From assembly GCF_022045235.1 (NCBI RefSeq), contig NW_027266275.1, positions 38,254,001 through 38,318,000 on the forward strand: a DNA stretch of 64,000 bases. Reading direction: 5' to 3'. The notes beneath the pieces were generated by a model. It saw only the letters and a list, made by a program, of their open reading frames with translations. It did not search any database and was not told the origin of the DNA. Both the position numbers and the translations under genes were made by a program. Of this stretch, positions 1 through 15,231 are shown piece by piece (position 1 is the first letter of the stretch; each line of letters begins with the position of its first letter). The DNA is from Haliotis cracherodii (lineage: Eukaryota).

Positions 1-2139
1 CTGTCATTCATTTAGTCCCACGTACGTGACAGGTCAGGCTTTCACTCACTCACTCTAATGGATAGTAAGGATTACTGGGAGATGTGTCCAAGTGGACGTC
101 TTTGTCTATGATATTCTTAAATGAGGAATATCACATTAAAAAGAGATTTTCATTCATTTAGTCACACATTCAGAACAAGGTGATCTTTCATGTTTAACTG
201 AACTTCCTGAGACCATGAAGATAGAGGCGCATTTGAAAATGATTTGTTTGAAAAGAAGTCAAATACCTCATGCATTATTGTGTGGCAAAGTATTGATGAA
301 ATTGCTGATATTAAAAATCGAAAATATGCATAAATAATGTTCACTAGGTATTTCAGTGCTCATTGTTACAACTGAGGCTGTGTAAGGTAATAATAATTTG
401 AGTTACAATTCAGATAAGAAGCATTTTATTTTCCAAATGAATAACTAATGCACACTAGGAGAAAATAGAGGTTCTTTGTGATCATAGATCTGAGCTGATA
501 TAAATTACGTAGCTAAGACATCAGCTTTTATTACCTGGAGTAGTAAATGTCCTATAGTCTTTCACCTTTACATTATGAGGCTTTTTTTCCCCCTGAATAT
601 GGTGGTGTGGAAAAGTGCTTGTTTTTAGATTTGGTGGTCACTCTGAGTCTAATCCTGCTATGTCCAAGTGGAATATGGTGACAGGCGACCTCTGCAACTC
701 ATGTTTTTGTTCTGACTTGACATTTGCTGTCAAGCCCTTCACAGTATTGATGTGGGATACCCTGCAGACCTTACCATGTACTTGTCACCGAAACAGACCC
801 ACATCACACACAAATGTCAACCTCCATCACGGGGACCATGTCAAAAGTTATAACATATGTAAATGTATAAATACCAAGTTTATTGTTATGAATGTAGCTC
901 AAATTTGAGACTAAACTATAATCTTTTAAATAATGTAAAATGAGATATGTATTATGATAATGTCTGATTAAGAAAATGACATGTTATTGTTTTTAATTGA
1001 CAGACAAGTTTTTGAGAAAACCCTTGCCCATGTTGGCAGGGTGACTGTAGCCAATTTGACATCTCCCATGTTGTTGACATATCTGAGATTTCCTCCCCAT
1101 CATGTGTTTGTGTTTACACCAGTAGCTATTCCTGGAATGGACAGGGACAGCACTCTGGCTGTACATCCCCCTGCTTGTCCTAGCCTATGTTCACAGTGTA
1201 ATGGGGACTTCAATAGCAGTTTGTTGCTATGAAATTCAGGATATTTGGGAAATGAATAAAATAAATATTTTCTGATCACCATTGATATGATAAAAACCTG
1301 AATGCAAGTATAACATGCCTGTGTTGTATATCCTGGTTATTGTTTCAAAGCTGATGATGAATAATGTCCTCTCCAATATGTCTACATGATAATGTCATCT
1401 TCATGAACATGTGTTTAATAGATGCAAGTGTTTGGTAACCTACATGCATATGTGACAATATCGTGATTCCCCATTGGGATTCCAGGTTACATCAGGTCCC
1501 CAGAAACCTATGCTGGCCCTATCAGTCTACTTTACAGATGGACAAGACTAACACTTAGTCTAAGAAAACATTTCTTTAAAATAACAATTTTGTTCACAAG
1601 AACCTTTCCTCTGATGCTATTTTCATGTAGAATCAAGGAAACTAGACTTGTTTGGTTTCATCTTGACTTGCCTAGGCTTTTAGTAAAGGATAATTGAATA
1701 AATAGGAAGTCCACAGTCATGGTGCAGGACTAGAAACGAACTTCTAAATTGATGTATTTCAGAAGCTTGGTAACACAGTACCTTGTAGGTAAAATAAAGA
1801 AAGTGCAAAAGAATTAAGTTTCTAAATAGCACTATAATGCTGTGTTGAAGAACCAGTATCTAGTTCTTATGTGTTACTAATGTGCCAGATTGTAAATTAT
1901 TGTACACTTATCTGAAAGCTGATTATTGCCAGAGTATGTTAATGAGTGTCTGGCATTATGGGGTACTTAAGGTGGTAATCAACTACCTCAGTTGATAAAT
2001 AACCTTGATAAATTGCAGCACCACCATGCTAGAGCAAAGAGATGTTAATGCTATTCGAACAGTATGGTCTATGGTGACTAGAGATTCAACCATGGTGAAA
2101 ACCATGTGCAGGATATCATTATTGCTTGATTTGCCTGTC

Positions 2140-2185
2140 GTCGTCATCATCATCATCAGCAGCATCATCAGCATCAGCATCATTA
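2140..2185. repeat. (CAT/CAG)n microsatellite
   Basis: catcatcatcatcagcagcatcatcagc... seen directly. Confidence 0.8.
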
Positions 2186-5100
2186 TTGCATGCAAATGAA
2201 TCAATTCGGAATTGTGTGTGTCATCATTTTCATTGAGTCTAAAAAAAGACTATTCACAAGTACTTTAAACAGTCTTCATAATAAACAAACAAACAAACAA
2301 AAAGATATTCATAGTTCAAAGTTTTCGTTACACATTCATAATTCAAAGGTTTCGTAAGCAGTGACATCCACTAAGATTGAATTCGGTGTACATGATGTAT
2401 ATCCTGTTTATTCCACATCTTATCGGCTGTATATCATGTGTACGTGAAGGTAAAATGAAGCGGAGAATAACCCTCATTACACTCCTGTCATTGCCTGACA
2501 TGCTGTCTACGGCCATTCAGACCCACTCACTGGAAACTTGCACAAAGTAATGGCTTTTCATGCTCAGTCACATGCGTATGCAGAGTTGGGGTGCGAGAAC
2601 CAAGTTATCCAAGTTTATCGGACTCTTGTAGGATATGATTATTTGTTAGGGCAGATTCGCCTGGGATCTAGGGGGGCAGAGAGTCAATGCTATAACTGCC
2701 TGTCTCGTAATCCACACTCTTCTTACTTGATCACTGGGATTTTGTGATAAGGCCTAACAAAATTTGCCTGTATTTGATGGATGACCCTGTGCTAATCATA
2801 AGGTTTGAAGGGGGAAAGTGGAAAGATCAGAGATTGAAGATTAAGGAAGATATAACGGTTTTAATACACATTTACAGAGCAATCTATATTGAATGTTGCC
2901 ATGGATGCAGTAAAATGCTTAAACAGCTTCAACGGCCTGTTAGATTGGTCCTCCAACATTAAGCTGACATGCTATGATAGAACTGAAATACTACAACTAG
3001 GTTTTATCCACACATAAATGATTTAAGTACCTATCCAATTTTTGAAGAGGTTTAAATTATTTAATTTAGAATTAAAGAAAAGAAAAGTGAACCGGTTAAC
3101 AGGTGAGTATGATTGTGTAGTAAAAATGTACAGCATGAAGGAGATATAGACTATTATAACCATAGGATCACCTACATAATGTACAATGTGTAACTAAATG
3201 GCCTTATGTAGAAATGTATAACATGTATATTGACTCCATGTTGTGTATAACTTGTGGGCATGGTGTATTAACCCTTATGCTGTCAACAAATGACCAATGT
3301 GGTTTGTTTCAGCCGTATAGAGTTACTTTTGAATCAATGTACTTATAACCTGTTTATAGCTTTCTGTGTCCTTGGCCACAAACTGCATGAGATGAGTGTG
3401 AAAATGTTTAATAGAGTAGTCAGCATGATATTGATTGTGTAGCCTAGACTTGTCAGAAAGCAGTTTCTTCTTTTAATAGTTTAATGATCTAAAATAAACA
3501 ACTTGTAATTGTTTGACTCTGAAGATGCTGAAAGTTAAATACATATTCTACTTTTTGTGACAATGGACACTCAAGTTTCAGCTTGTTATCGTGATAATCT
3601 ATTTTCTGTGAAAAAGGAAATAATTAATTCTTTTAGTTGATAATTTTTTTTCCAGTTTTTTTCTTTTAACATATATGCAATATATTCACTATATCCAAAT
3701 ACCAGTGTTTGCATTGGTCTCTAAAATAATGGGGTCCCCTTGGATGCATTAAATGCAAGAGCTGCAGGCACAAAGCTATCTAAGGGTGTTTGGGTGCTTG
3801 CCTCCCCCATGTTCAAATATAGACCTAAAATGGTGTATTTTATACATTCTGAGCACAAATAAAGTCTCTGGTTGAAAATTTTAGGTGTCTTTTTTTATGT
3901 GTGTATCACATGGGTTAGGGGAGGCGAGAGAAACTTGAAACAAAACAAGTTATGTATAAAGTAAACATTTTCAAAATGAAAAATATGTAATGTCGTTTTT
4001 TGTGTCCCAGTTTTATTCAGTGCATATTTTTGTATGTGGGATGATGTAAACATGTCATTGCAGAAATTTATAAATAATACAATTTGTTTTAGCCTACTTG
4101 TATTGAGGAGAGATTTAGTCTAGTTGTCAAGACTTTTGGCTGCCACACCGAAGACGGGGATTTGATTTGAGTACATAATACACTGTGTAAAGCTAGTTGG
4201 TGATGACCCTGTCATGACATTACTGGAATTCTCTAACCTACCTAGCCCCTCAGTAGCTCTTGCTGTGAGCTACACAACAAAGCCATAGTGTTTTATAACT
4301 TGTCTGGCTGCTCTGCAAACCCAGTCTCAGATAAGAAACTAACAGTTTCTGCATATATGGAGACCACGTGTCACAGATTAAGTATCTCAATATAGAGTAC
4401 CACACGCTTTCATTGAACTTGATGAATAGGTGTATTGTATGAATATCACTTGGAAAACCAACACGCTGTTAAGTGGTCTAAATTTATAGCCTTGTCAAAC
4501 CTGTTAGTTTAGTAACTCTGTTTACATGAACCTTAGAAATCCTAATGCATATGGATTTGGAATTATCAGAAAATTGATGACATATGTTTTGTGTTTGTTG
4601 CTCTCAAAGGTTATTTTAGGCTTCGTGGATATGCATGCTTTTGATGATAAATTTATGTACACTTTTGACATACTTAGTTGAATATTTGTAACCATAGTTA
4701 AGCATGAAATGTGTTCATTTGAAATTCTGTGTAGGCCTAGGTTTAATGTTAGTATGTTGTTTAATTGTTTTGAGCTTTAAATGTTATTTGTTCCTTAAAG
4801 TCCTTCATCAAAGTATCCAGAATGGACAGTTTTGAAGAGTTCAACCCCTGTTAAGTTTTGTCATTGTCATTGTTTTGCTTCCCTGAAATTCCGGATACAA
4901 AGACGCATTGTCATTTTGTTGAAAGTGTGATTAAGATCCAGATCCAGTGTGACCCTATGTTATTTCCTTGTTCAGTTATCATGCAAGAGTTATCTCCCTT
5001 TTTCAGTTGCATCAGATGTACTTCAAAGTATTTTTCCCATCAAGCTTCTTGTGCTCTGTCATGTGTTGATAGTCTGAAATGTGTTTATGTTAATCATTGT

Positions 5101-6829
5101 TATTGTTACATAGGATAGTTTTGATAATCCTTTGTTTCATCTTGCTTTGTGATACTCATTGCATTGGAACTATACAAATTAAGTAAAAGTGACTTTTTGA
5201 GTGTCTCGTCATGTTTTCTATTAGAAATAAAAACATGTCAGTATCAGTAAATATATGGACATTTTATTAATAATATTAATAATGATATTTAAATATTTAT
5301 TTGCAAACTTTTTATTACCATTTTGTGAAGTACTGGTTAGATAATGAAGCAAGATGAAACGCAGGATTAATGAGCTGAATGAGATATGATACGGTGTCAA
5401 TAGATGTCACTTTTATAGAAACAAAAGCCATGTGTTGTAAAGTTTATGATTAATCTTCAGAGGTGGCTCAAGTATCCAGCCTGCCTATGACAAGTTTCCT
5501 GTCAACCAGTTCGGGGGAGGATCCAGCCCAGCACAGGGGAGTTTCCAGTCCTCACAGGTGAGATACACTCCTTGATCCAGCACACATGGCTTGATAGAGA
5601 ACACGCACGCACGCACACATACACACACACACCTTGATCCAGCACTCACATCTTGATAGGGTACGTACACCGTGATGTAGCACAATTCTACATGTTTTCT
5701 TTATGATACTGGGCTATAGATAAGCTTTTGATTATGTGGGTATTTTACCCAGGGGTTTGATTTTGATTGGGTATCCACAAGTTTTAGAGGGAATTCAAAT
5801 TTGTTTTTCCCACCTGTTTCATGACATTCGGGCATTTAACTTAAAAACCTGTTTTAATTACCAATCAGCGACTAATTAAGATTCAACATGTATATTGACT
5901 AGGCACAATGTACTTTTCAATGTGGCATCTATCAGTATGTTTGTCGCAGAAGCTTTTCCAAATGTAAGTGAATTTGGCAATTGTCTTATACACAATCATT
6001 TTATCTAAATTGCATTAATTTTATTTGAATAGCGTATTTATAGTTTATGTTTTATATTTGATACGCTAGGATTTGATTTGTGTGCATATTTCAGTTTATT
6101 TAATGCATATTTTACGCAAATATGCAGCTTCTCTTGAGCTCTGTGATAGCTGCAGCAATGTTTAAACGCCATTTTCAAATTCAAGCACACAGATTAAGGC
6201 AGCTGCATCGAGATCATTTATGCAGCTAAATCCCTATTCGTTGCACAGCTGTGTAATGAGTTTCTGATTATTTGAAAATAGCCTCTAGGTACAAGGTATG
6301 AAATTGAAACCAAGAAGTAACAAACACAGAGTGTGGTGAGGATGTGGGATGAGTGATCGTTCACTTTTCAAGATACTTGGCAGAAAAGAAATACCTACTT
6401 TGCTCTACCAGAGGTGCTTGTAATTACATCATGGCAAAAACAGAACCCTTATTAAGTCATTAACTGACTCCCCACATGATGATACCAGTGTAGCACAGGT
6501 TGGCAGTGCACCATGCTTGTCAAGAACCAGCTATAATGAGGACTGGTGGTCACAATGTCTCACCTGGTCCAAACAGCTTGGGGCCTGGCAAGATTTTCAT
6601 TATTTTTGTTTTAATATGTAGAAAGGAGTGCCGAAGATTCAATTTCCTAAGACTTAAGAAATTTAGACTTGCTAACTTGTATGAGATTGTTAAGGGAATT
6701 TCTGTTTGACTGTCTGTCAGACTATCTGGTTTTCCCTGACCAATGCTACTCGTTAAAACATCTATTCTAACCAAGCCTCTCGCTGAGATAAACAGCGTAT
6801 TTGACTACCACCGTTAAATATCCTCAGTA

Positions 6830-7625
6830 TATTGTCATTACAACTGTCAAGGAATAGTGGACATCGCCATATATTGTCATTAAAATTGTCAGGGAATAGT
6901 GGATATCAATTTATATTATCATTACAACTGTCAAGGAATAGTGGACATCGCCATATATTGTCATTAAAATTGTCAGGGAATAGTGGATATCATCATATAT
7001 TGTCATTACATATGTCAGGGAATAGTGAATATGCCCATATATTGTCATTAAAGTTGTCAGGGAATAGTGGATATTACCATATAATTACAACTGTCAGGGT
7101 ATAGTGGATAGCATCATATATTGTCATAACATCTGTCAGGGAATAGTGGATATCACCATATAATTAAAAATGTCAGGGAATAGTGGATATCCTCACATAA
7201 TTACAACTGTCAATAGTGGATATTCTCATATAATTACACCTGTCAGGGAATAGTGGATATCGCCATATAATTACAACTGTCAGGGAATAGTGGATATCCT
7301 CACATAATTACAACTGTCAATAGTGGATATTCTCATATAATTACACCTGTCAGGGAATAGTGGATATCGCCATATAATTACAAATGTCAGGGAATAGTGG
7401 ATATCCTCACATAATTACAACTGTCAATAGTGGATATTCCCATATAATTACACCTGTCAGGGAATAGTGGATATCCCCATATAATTACAACTGTCAGGGA
7501 ATAGTGGATATCATATGTTGTCATTAAAACTGTCAGGGAATAGTGGATATCCCCATATGTTGTCATTACATATGTCATGGAAAAGTGGATATCACCATAT
7601 GTTCTCATTACATCTGTCAGGGAAT
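6830..7625. repeat. Minisatellite, 33-42 bp monomer with GGAATAGTGGATAT core, about 20 copies
   Basis: Repeated core at 42-bp spacing on the left and 37/33-bp spacing in the centre. Confidence 0.95.
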
Positions 7626-7992
7626 GTTTTCAAACATGTGTGGCAAGCTGGAGTTTGTACTAAGATGAAGAATGCTATTCAGGATGTGGAGTTGTGAAGC
7701 ATTCAAATGAGTTTGTATCAGCACTGTTCAGTGTTTTTTCTTCTGTTGTGCATCTCATCAGAATTCTTGGGTAGTGCACCTCATCAGAATTCTGGGGTTG
7801 AAAGAGCTCAGCCCAACACTATCGTTTCAAGTGACTAAGACGAGATGTGGTGGCGGAAGGGGAAGCCAACCCAACTCTTGTAAGGCCATCCGTATTAGTT
7901 CATGTGTTTCTCATCTCCATCCCCATCTTCAGGTGGGTGGAAGGAAAGAAAATAGAAAGAGCACAACTTCTCCAGGGCAGGATGATGCATGA

Positions 7993-8113
7993 TGAACAAA
8001 ACAGTTAGGGATCATGAATATTTGGGAGAATAGTTTTATGAAATGGTGTGCCCAGTCTCCAGTACCTAAAAATATTCTGCAAAATATTCATGATCCCAAA
8101 CCCTCTTTGTTCA
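7993..8113. mobile_element. MITE-like inverted-repeat element
   Basis: gggatcatgaatattt ... aaatattcatgatccc inverted arms. Confidence 0.55.
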
Positions 8114-11100
8114 GTATATATTCACACGTTGGAGAATAGGTGGATGTAACAATTATTTTTGAGTGGGGCTAATTTAGGAGTGCTAAGAGATGAGAAACAT
8201 TCAACAAATATAGAAGGCCTAAACAGAGAAACAACCAACTTGTCGGCCATTTGTGACAACATGTCTTTGAGTTTGTAAGTAGTTGTTAGGAGAAACATTG
8301 TATAGCCAGAGGGAAGTCAGAGGGATGTCAACCAGTGTCTGCATGTCCCTGTCCACTCACCCTTCTATGTCAAGGACTTCTACTTGAAACGCAGGTGTCA
8401 AGTTCCTTTTTTAACTCTTAAATTTATGTACATGCAAGGAAATGCTGACGTGAAAACTGTTTTAATCCTCAAAGCACACAGACACATATCAAAGCTGTTA
8501 GATCCCTTGTTGAAATGACACTACACTGATAGTGCAGTCTGAATCTCCATGCAAACATGTCAGCAACCACTGAATACAAATGCTGTAATTATGCATGTTA
8601 GAAAGGCAAGACAAAACCATCACCTAATTTGTTAAAAACTGTTTTGATTGCTTGAATTATTTATAAGGTTATCGAGACAGGTGTGGGCTGGCTGTGAATG
8701 AATAAATCTGTACAGACTCTCCGAGAAGTCACAGAATTTGTCTGGGCGTGTATGTAGCCTGTTTTTGCTGTGGTAAAATAAACAGTATTGTTTAAGTAAT
8801 AAACACACACTGGATAAGGTGTATATGATTGTTTATGAAATAATCATTTCTAAAAGTTGTGAGCAGGAAATAGAAAATAATTATTTTTCTTAACACCAAA
8901 ATAAATATGCCTTAGAAATGTAATTAAGATGTATTTGATGTTCACAGATTAATATTTCAATATGCTTAATATCAGATTACATAAAATCATATTGTTTGAG
9001 GGTTTATGAAGTTTAGCAGTACTGGGAGTAATATTTGTTTTGAGGGGAATACAACTTTACAAGCTGTGACCATGTAGAGACGGACAAGCAAGGAAATGTC
9101 CAATTCAAAGTGTTACACATTGAAAAGTCAACACAATGGAAACATTACATTTTATTTCCACAAAGAAGTTCTAATTCAAATATTAATAGTACCGGTAGTA
9201 GCTATTCATGAAAATTCTACCCAAAGATTCACCTTCATCTCAAACAAAAAACAATAGCACAAAATATTACCCTTTTATTTCACATCTGGAATATACATCA
9301 AGTTTTAAAATAAATATAATTCAGAAATAACAGTCACCTCGTTTTAACCCAGCATGCATAAAGTTAACAAATGGTAAAAAAACTGCTTCTGGGGACGTTG
9401 ACATTTCACTTTGGCGTCATCATCCGTCCAAACCATTGCAGGCTTCCTGTTGGGCGCAATAGCGGCAGTGGTCGTATTGCAGTGAGATGGCATAAGACCA
9501 TTGTGTAGACAGCTGGCCCTCATATAACATAACCAAGCAACTCGCTATAAAAGGATAGGGCGTTAGATTCTTGCAATGGAGATCAAGTAACTGTATCCCA
9601 AGTCCAGGTTCTGGGCAGAGGCCTCATACAACACACCAAGGTTTATCTGTCAGCACTACCTCCTCATCCTCATGTACAGGGTGCGTATGTATGTATATTG
9701 TGTCATGTGATTACCCAGCCAGGTAATGAGTTGCTTCCTGGTAATGATTGATAATTCTTGCAGACTGTGGAATCGGAGTATGGTCTGTATCATACACATG
9801 GAAACATATCGGAGACCTGTTGAATCTTTACTGTCTTTTATGACATCACATATTTGTGTTAGCACTGTGTTAACAGGTGGTAAGTAAAACCTGACCTTGG
9901 TGCCTTCAAATGCATTTAAATATTTTTTTTCTTCAAAAGCTATTAAAATAAAATTCAATGTTTTTTTGTTGTTCAAATATTATTCATGTGAAATTGAGTT
10001 TATTGTCTTTGATAAATCCATAATTATCAGGGACAACTTGGGAGGCCAGCATGGTTCCCAGACTGTCCTGAAGCCAATGGCGCCAGCGAAAGGTCATCTC
10101 AAGGAGATAGAGATCTGAGCATTACAATTGTTATATCACTTGCAGGGTGTCCGTATCATGCAACCATTTGTTTCGTGGGTAAATGTTAATGGAGTTTGAT
10201 AATCGTGTATGTGGTAGGAGGTAGGAAGGTGTGGTTTGCTTGTGAGGTCAGGTTACAGCTAACCTGCTGGGCTCTGAGAACAGACAGCTTAGACATGTGT
10301 TATCACCCTGGAGGATACTGTGGGCTGTCAGTATGATTTGGACAGAATCATTAGTTATTCTGTATGTTACAAATTTGTCCAAACAGCATTGCCTGTAACT
10401 TAAACCAGATATTAACCACGCTACCCATACAGATTAATGATGAATAAGTAATCTCCTGTGTTAGCTTGTGATGGAAACGTTTTCAGATTTTGAGCAGCTT
10501 GGAGGATGAAAAATGATACAATAGATTGTTTAATTTCCTCCTAGCCATATAGTCTAACATGCTTAAAATGATAACAAATGGGATATATTTTCAATCCCAC
10601 ATATAGACACCAATTATTCCAGATATTCCCAGTTGCCTCAATTTATGGTTGCATCTCTGCTAACACCTGGCAGCATCTGATCAGTAGTGATAGTATACTA
10701 TCGGAGGGAAACATTTGGTTTGCTTCTTGTGATTCAAGCTGACAGCAGTATATTTTTGACTTGGGCTCTTGTTTGCATTGCTGATCCTATAAGCCAGGGT
10801 GTTAGTCAGCAGAGACAAGATTTCAGTATTACCATGTTACAAATGCTGCTTGTCAGACTCCTTGGTTGAATCTTGTAGCACATTGAATAAGGCTGAGACT
10901 ATTACTGACTCCATCTTATATGTGGAATCCCGTCAGTTCTGGTTCGATTCTCTGGCCACATCATATCTAAGGATGTTAAAAGATGGCACTTGTCAGCCTG
11001 CAGAATGTTATCTCAGTGGACTAGCACAATACAACCAGCATTAGTCAAGACTAGTACAAGCAGCCACACACACATGTATGCTTGTCACTATTTAAGTGAA

Positions 11101-11445
11101 ATAATCTAGAACAGGACGAGGTTAAAACCCATGTCACTCTACCTCACCTAAAGTTGGTTGGGAATTTTGGGATATGTTATTACCTATTTGATACCTCAGT
11201 TATGATGATTGTACTTATAGCTGGTAACCTCATGCTGTCAGATCTATGATAACATTCCTGAAAAGTCTAATCAAATGGTTTGATTCCAAAATATGATAAA
11301 TACTTTCTATTTTCTTACCTCATGGAATTTGTTTTTGTGTGTAATAAAAAATGGTTTGAATGAAGACACAGTATATGGGTAATAATATATTAAATGCAAC
11401 AAGCTAATCAAGTTGCACGAATGTTGTTTAGATCTACAGGATGGT

Positions 11446-11630
11446 TGGCTTGTTGTTTAACGTCACAGTCAGAAATATTCCAGCTATATGACGGCGGTCT
11501 GTAAATAATCGAGTCTGAACCAGACAATCCAGTGATTAATATCATGAGCATCGATTGGGATCGATGACATGCATCAACCAAGTCAGTGAGCCTGACCACC
11601 CGATCCCATTAGTCGCCACTTCAGGGGTCA
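11446..11630 (-). mobile_element. SINE fragment, second family (degraded + strand relatives near 12590-12760 and 18090-18297)
   Basis: The reverse complement ends in a gctggaatatt...cgttaaacaaca tail shared with other SINE 3' ends in the window. Confidence 0.6.
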
Positions 11631-12287
11631 GATCTACAGGTAGAACATTCATAATGTATAACCATTAAACACTGGCGACTCTAGAGGAGGGGTGCATGTT
11701 ACATGTAAACTGTGTCCTCGTCCAAGTCACTTTGTGACTTCAGTATCATGTACACCCCACTTTCAAAATCCTGGATCCACCTCGGATAAATTTTGTGAAA
11801 TAGGTTTCAAATATTATTCCTAGACAAATGCAGTAGGAGGCCAACTTTTCTGCTCATAACTTTACTGGCAATTTCTAACACTGCCACAGATATCATACGG
11901 TAGTTGTAAGTTGTACCGAGTGATGACATGCCATTGTTGAGTCTGAAACCTTTTAGTTCTGTGAATGCTAAGGTGAGTGAAGGCCATGTGTAGAAGGGGA
12001 GCTAGAACCAGAAACCCATAGAAACATTGTTGGAAGTATGTGTTTGGCAGCTGTTGAAGAGTTGAAAATAGACACATGTGTTGTTGAACATGCTTACATG
12101 GGTTTCCTGTGACCTTCTGTCAGTGCTGACTGTGGATGTTGTAGATGATGATGGTCATGTTGATGTTGGGGATGTTCCTGATGGAGAAGTTTCAGGATTA
12201 AATGATTGTAGTGGGCTTTGCCCCATGGGAAACTAGGAAGTAGTGTGTCTCTGTAATTATATTGAATGGCTGGTTATAATGATGGCT

Positions 12288-12558
12288 GGGGGCATGAGTG
12301 GGCCAGCTGTCTCTGGCTCCACAATTTGCTGTGCAGAGTTGCATCCCTTGGGCACACAAGCAAGCAATGATTGAGGGTCTGAATTCTGGTTTGCTCTGGT
12401 AGGTTTCTAGGGTTCTCAGCACCATACTGTGCTTGTGTGTTTCACCGAAGTGGTAAATGTCTGAGACCTGCATCACTTCTGGCTTTCCTCCCACATTGAG
12501 CTGACACGTCCTAATATGACTGGAATACTGTTCAAAGCAGCGTTAATCTAACTCACTC
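12288..12558 (+). mobile_element. tRNA-derived SINE, family A (degraded)
   Basis: Aligns by eye along its length with the copies at 17626, 20523 and 35949. Confidence 0.85.
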
Positions 12559-14940
12559 GTAATGACTGCCGAGTTTTGTTTAAATGAGGATCCTGTGCTT
12601 ACAGTGAGTGAGCTGTCTGATTGTGTCATGATGTACCCGAGATTCTTGATTTTGCTATCAACTACTGGTTTGCCTGGCTATGACTCAATTATTTCCAGGC
12701 TGTTGTGAAGTTGATGAAATCCTGCTGAATGTTATATTCAACAACTCACACACTCACTCATGGAGTTACCCCTCAACACTACCCTATTCTGACTGCCAAC
12801 TCAAAGGATCATAGAAATCCATCCATTGTATTAAGATCAGTACCCACAATTAATTTGCTACAGAAACTGAGCCTGATTCAAATGGAATGACACTTAAAAT
12901 AGCCATCTAATTATATTACACTCAAGAGCGAGAGAAATTCTGAGCTAAATTAGTGATTAGAGTGATAGAGATGGTCATTTATCCAAAAATTATCAGACAT
13001 TTGAAATGTGCTGCATTAGCAGGAACTGGAATTCCTTGTTTACACCTGCAGTTCTGTGTGGGATGTTATCATAGTTATACCTGGCAGAGACTCAACTGAT
13101 ATTCCGGGAGGGCACCGCCAAAAGAATGCGCCATAAATAGTTTTGTCTGCCTACGCAAACACAAGTTCATCTGTTGGGTGTTCAGCTATCTCCAAAGCAA
13201 TTTGGCTGTGTTTTTGACGATATTTAAACTGCTCATTGGTTCATTAAGAAATAACTTGGTGATACAGTTATAGGTTTCTATCATTAGGTGATAAGTCTGA
13301 GTATTTACTGCCTGTTTGTGCTGGCCTCAGGAACAGTGTTCAAGGCCTGGACACACTCGTCTGTGAATGCCTCCACAAACACTGTCATGTCTGACGTTAA
13401 GACTTGCTTTTTAACCCTGTAACTAAATTCTTCTAGAAAAATATAGTTTTTCTGGATATTTACTAAGTGTAACCACAGAGATTGCTTTAAACATGTTTAC
13501 AAATGTCTGTGTCGAGTTGATTGAAACAGTATGCCCAATTTCCTGAGCGTGTCCTTGATGGCCGTTATCAAGAGAATGGGGTCTTGTATGACTTATTCAC
13601 ACACCTGATCTGTTGGAGGAGAGGGAGTTGGCTTATGTTCCATTTGAGCAATTTTGCAGCAATATTATGGACAAGGACTTAAACAATTGTCTTTAGACAT
13701 TGGATCCATTTGTGGAATGAAACATGGGTCTTCAGCTGAATGATCGCTAGATTGGGTGGGTGCCTGCATGAGTGGAGGTGGGGTGGTTAAGAATGTGTTT
13801 GATGGGGGTATGTGTTGTTTTTGGGGTGGATGGGGTTGGTGTGATGGCAGCCAGATATCATAGCCATCCATTTGACGGGGTTGTAGGATGGGTTTTCTGG
13901 CTTTGGGCGGGTTATGAACCAGACAAACTGCTGCCTCAGATATGGAGAAATTTTCTTGTAATACATAATCATGAGTCAGATATCAACTCCAAAACATTAA
14001 CTGAAATGATAGATCAGAAATTGATGATGATGGTGAGGAAGAGGATTATGATTGATACAGTATGATTTCCTGACAACTACTCATGGATGTGTTAAAACCT
14101 TGTGGGTTTCCCATGACATCCTGGGTTTGCCAGATTGACTTGGAGGGGATGGGGGAACCTGTCCAACTCTGTGAACTCTGTGATCTGGGTAGATGACTTG
14201 TCATGTCCATCGGGGCACATATCTAGTTCCAACACCATCTGTTCATAAGGGAAAGAAATCAGGAACTGATAAGACTTCTTTTTCGTAAAAGAGTGTGATA
14301 TTATCTATGTAATAAATATACATTGAAATATTTTCCTCCTTTGTAAACAGTGGTGTTCATGAAAGAAGTATTATCTTGTCTGCGTACTAAATATATCCCG
14401 AAATGAACATGTGATGAGAAACGTTGAGTGTCGTGTTTTGATACACTCTTGCTGCCCTCTAGTTTTATGCACCCTCATACAAACATCAGAATCTCAAGAT
14501 GTAAACACAGCATCAATAAACAAGACTGGAAGAAGTCCCTGTTTACAATTTGTATATTACAGAAAAATATTGTAAAAATAAGAGATATATTTGTTCCCCT
14601 GGTATGTTCCAGTTGCATAAGAAACATTTTTGGAACAATGTTTAAAATGTAGTTTAGTTGTTGCCTTTTTTGTTTGTTTGCTTCTCTAAGGTAATGTCAG
14701 ACATAATTAACATCTGTCATAAAAGAATGGAGACTGCTCCAGTCTACAGTTTCAGTTTAATTCTTCTGAAGAACATTTTTCTTACTTATTTCAGTTTTGA
14801 TCATGTTGTTGTCAGTACTGTGACAGTAAGGAGGACTAGTTAAGGGGGAATCATTCCTAAGGGAAAATACACATACCGGGTATATCCCCCACAAGAATAC
14901 AATTTGTGATTGTTACCATGCTTACTGAACAGCTGTTTTT

Positions 14941-14986
14941 CACTCACTCACTCACTCACTCACTCACTCACTCACTCACTCTCACT
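14941..14986. repeat. (CACT)n microsatellite
   Basis: About 10 CACT units. Confidence 0.9.
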
Positions 14987-15097
14987 GGGTTGGGTACCTA
15001 ATGAACTTGACACTTCTGCATTTTGAAGGATTTCCTGCCATTTTCTCTTTCTCCATTTTCACTTCATCTTTGTTATTTTCAATGTTTTTATCTACAG

Positions 15098-15231
15098 AAC
15101 TTCAATGCTGCCCCCAAGCCTTTCGGGGCACCGTCTCCGGCCGCCCCTGCTGCCCCAGCTGCTGCCCCTAGCTTCAGTAGCCCCAGCGTCAACAGCCTGT
15201 CTCAGCAGACACAGAACATGAACATCTCGGG
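15098..15231 (+). CDS. Zasp52: Zasp-like exon (NFNAAPKPFGAP..., Pro/Ala-rich)
   Basis: Pyrimidine tract and tctacag acceptor; gg|gtaggt donor; phase 0-2; NxxPKPF motif. Confidence 0.8.

Noticed and set aside
1-15097. PDZ-domain exons of the Zasp gene
   Set aside because: I recognised no WGF-type PDZ sequence by eye. These exons probably lie upstream of the window, although small exons could have been missed.
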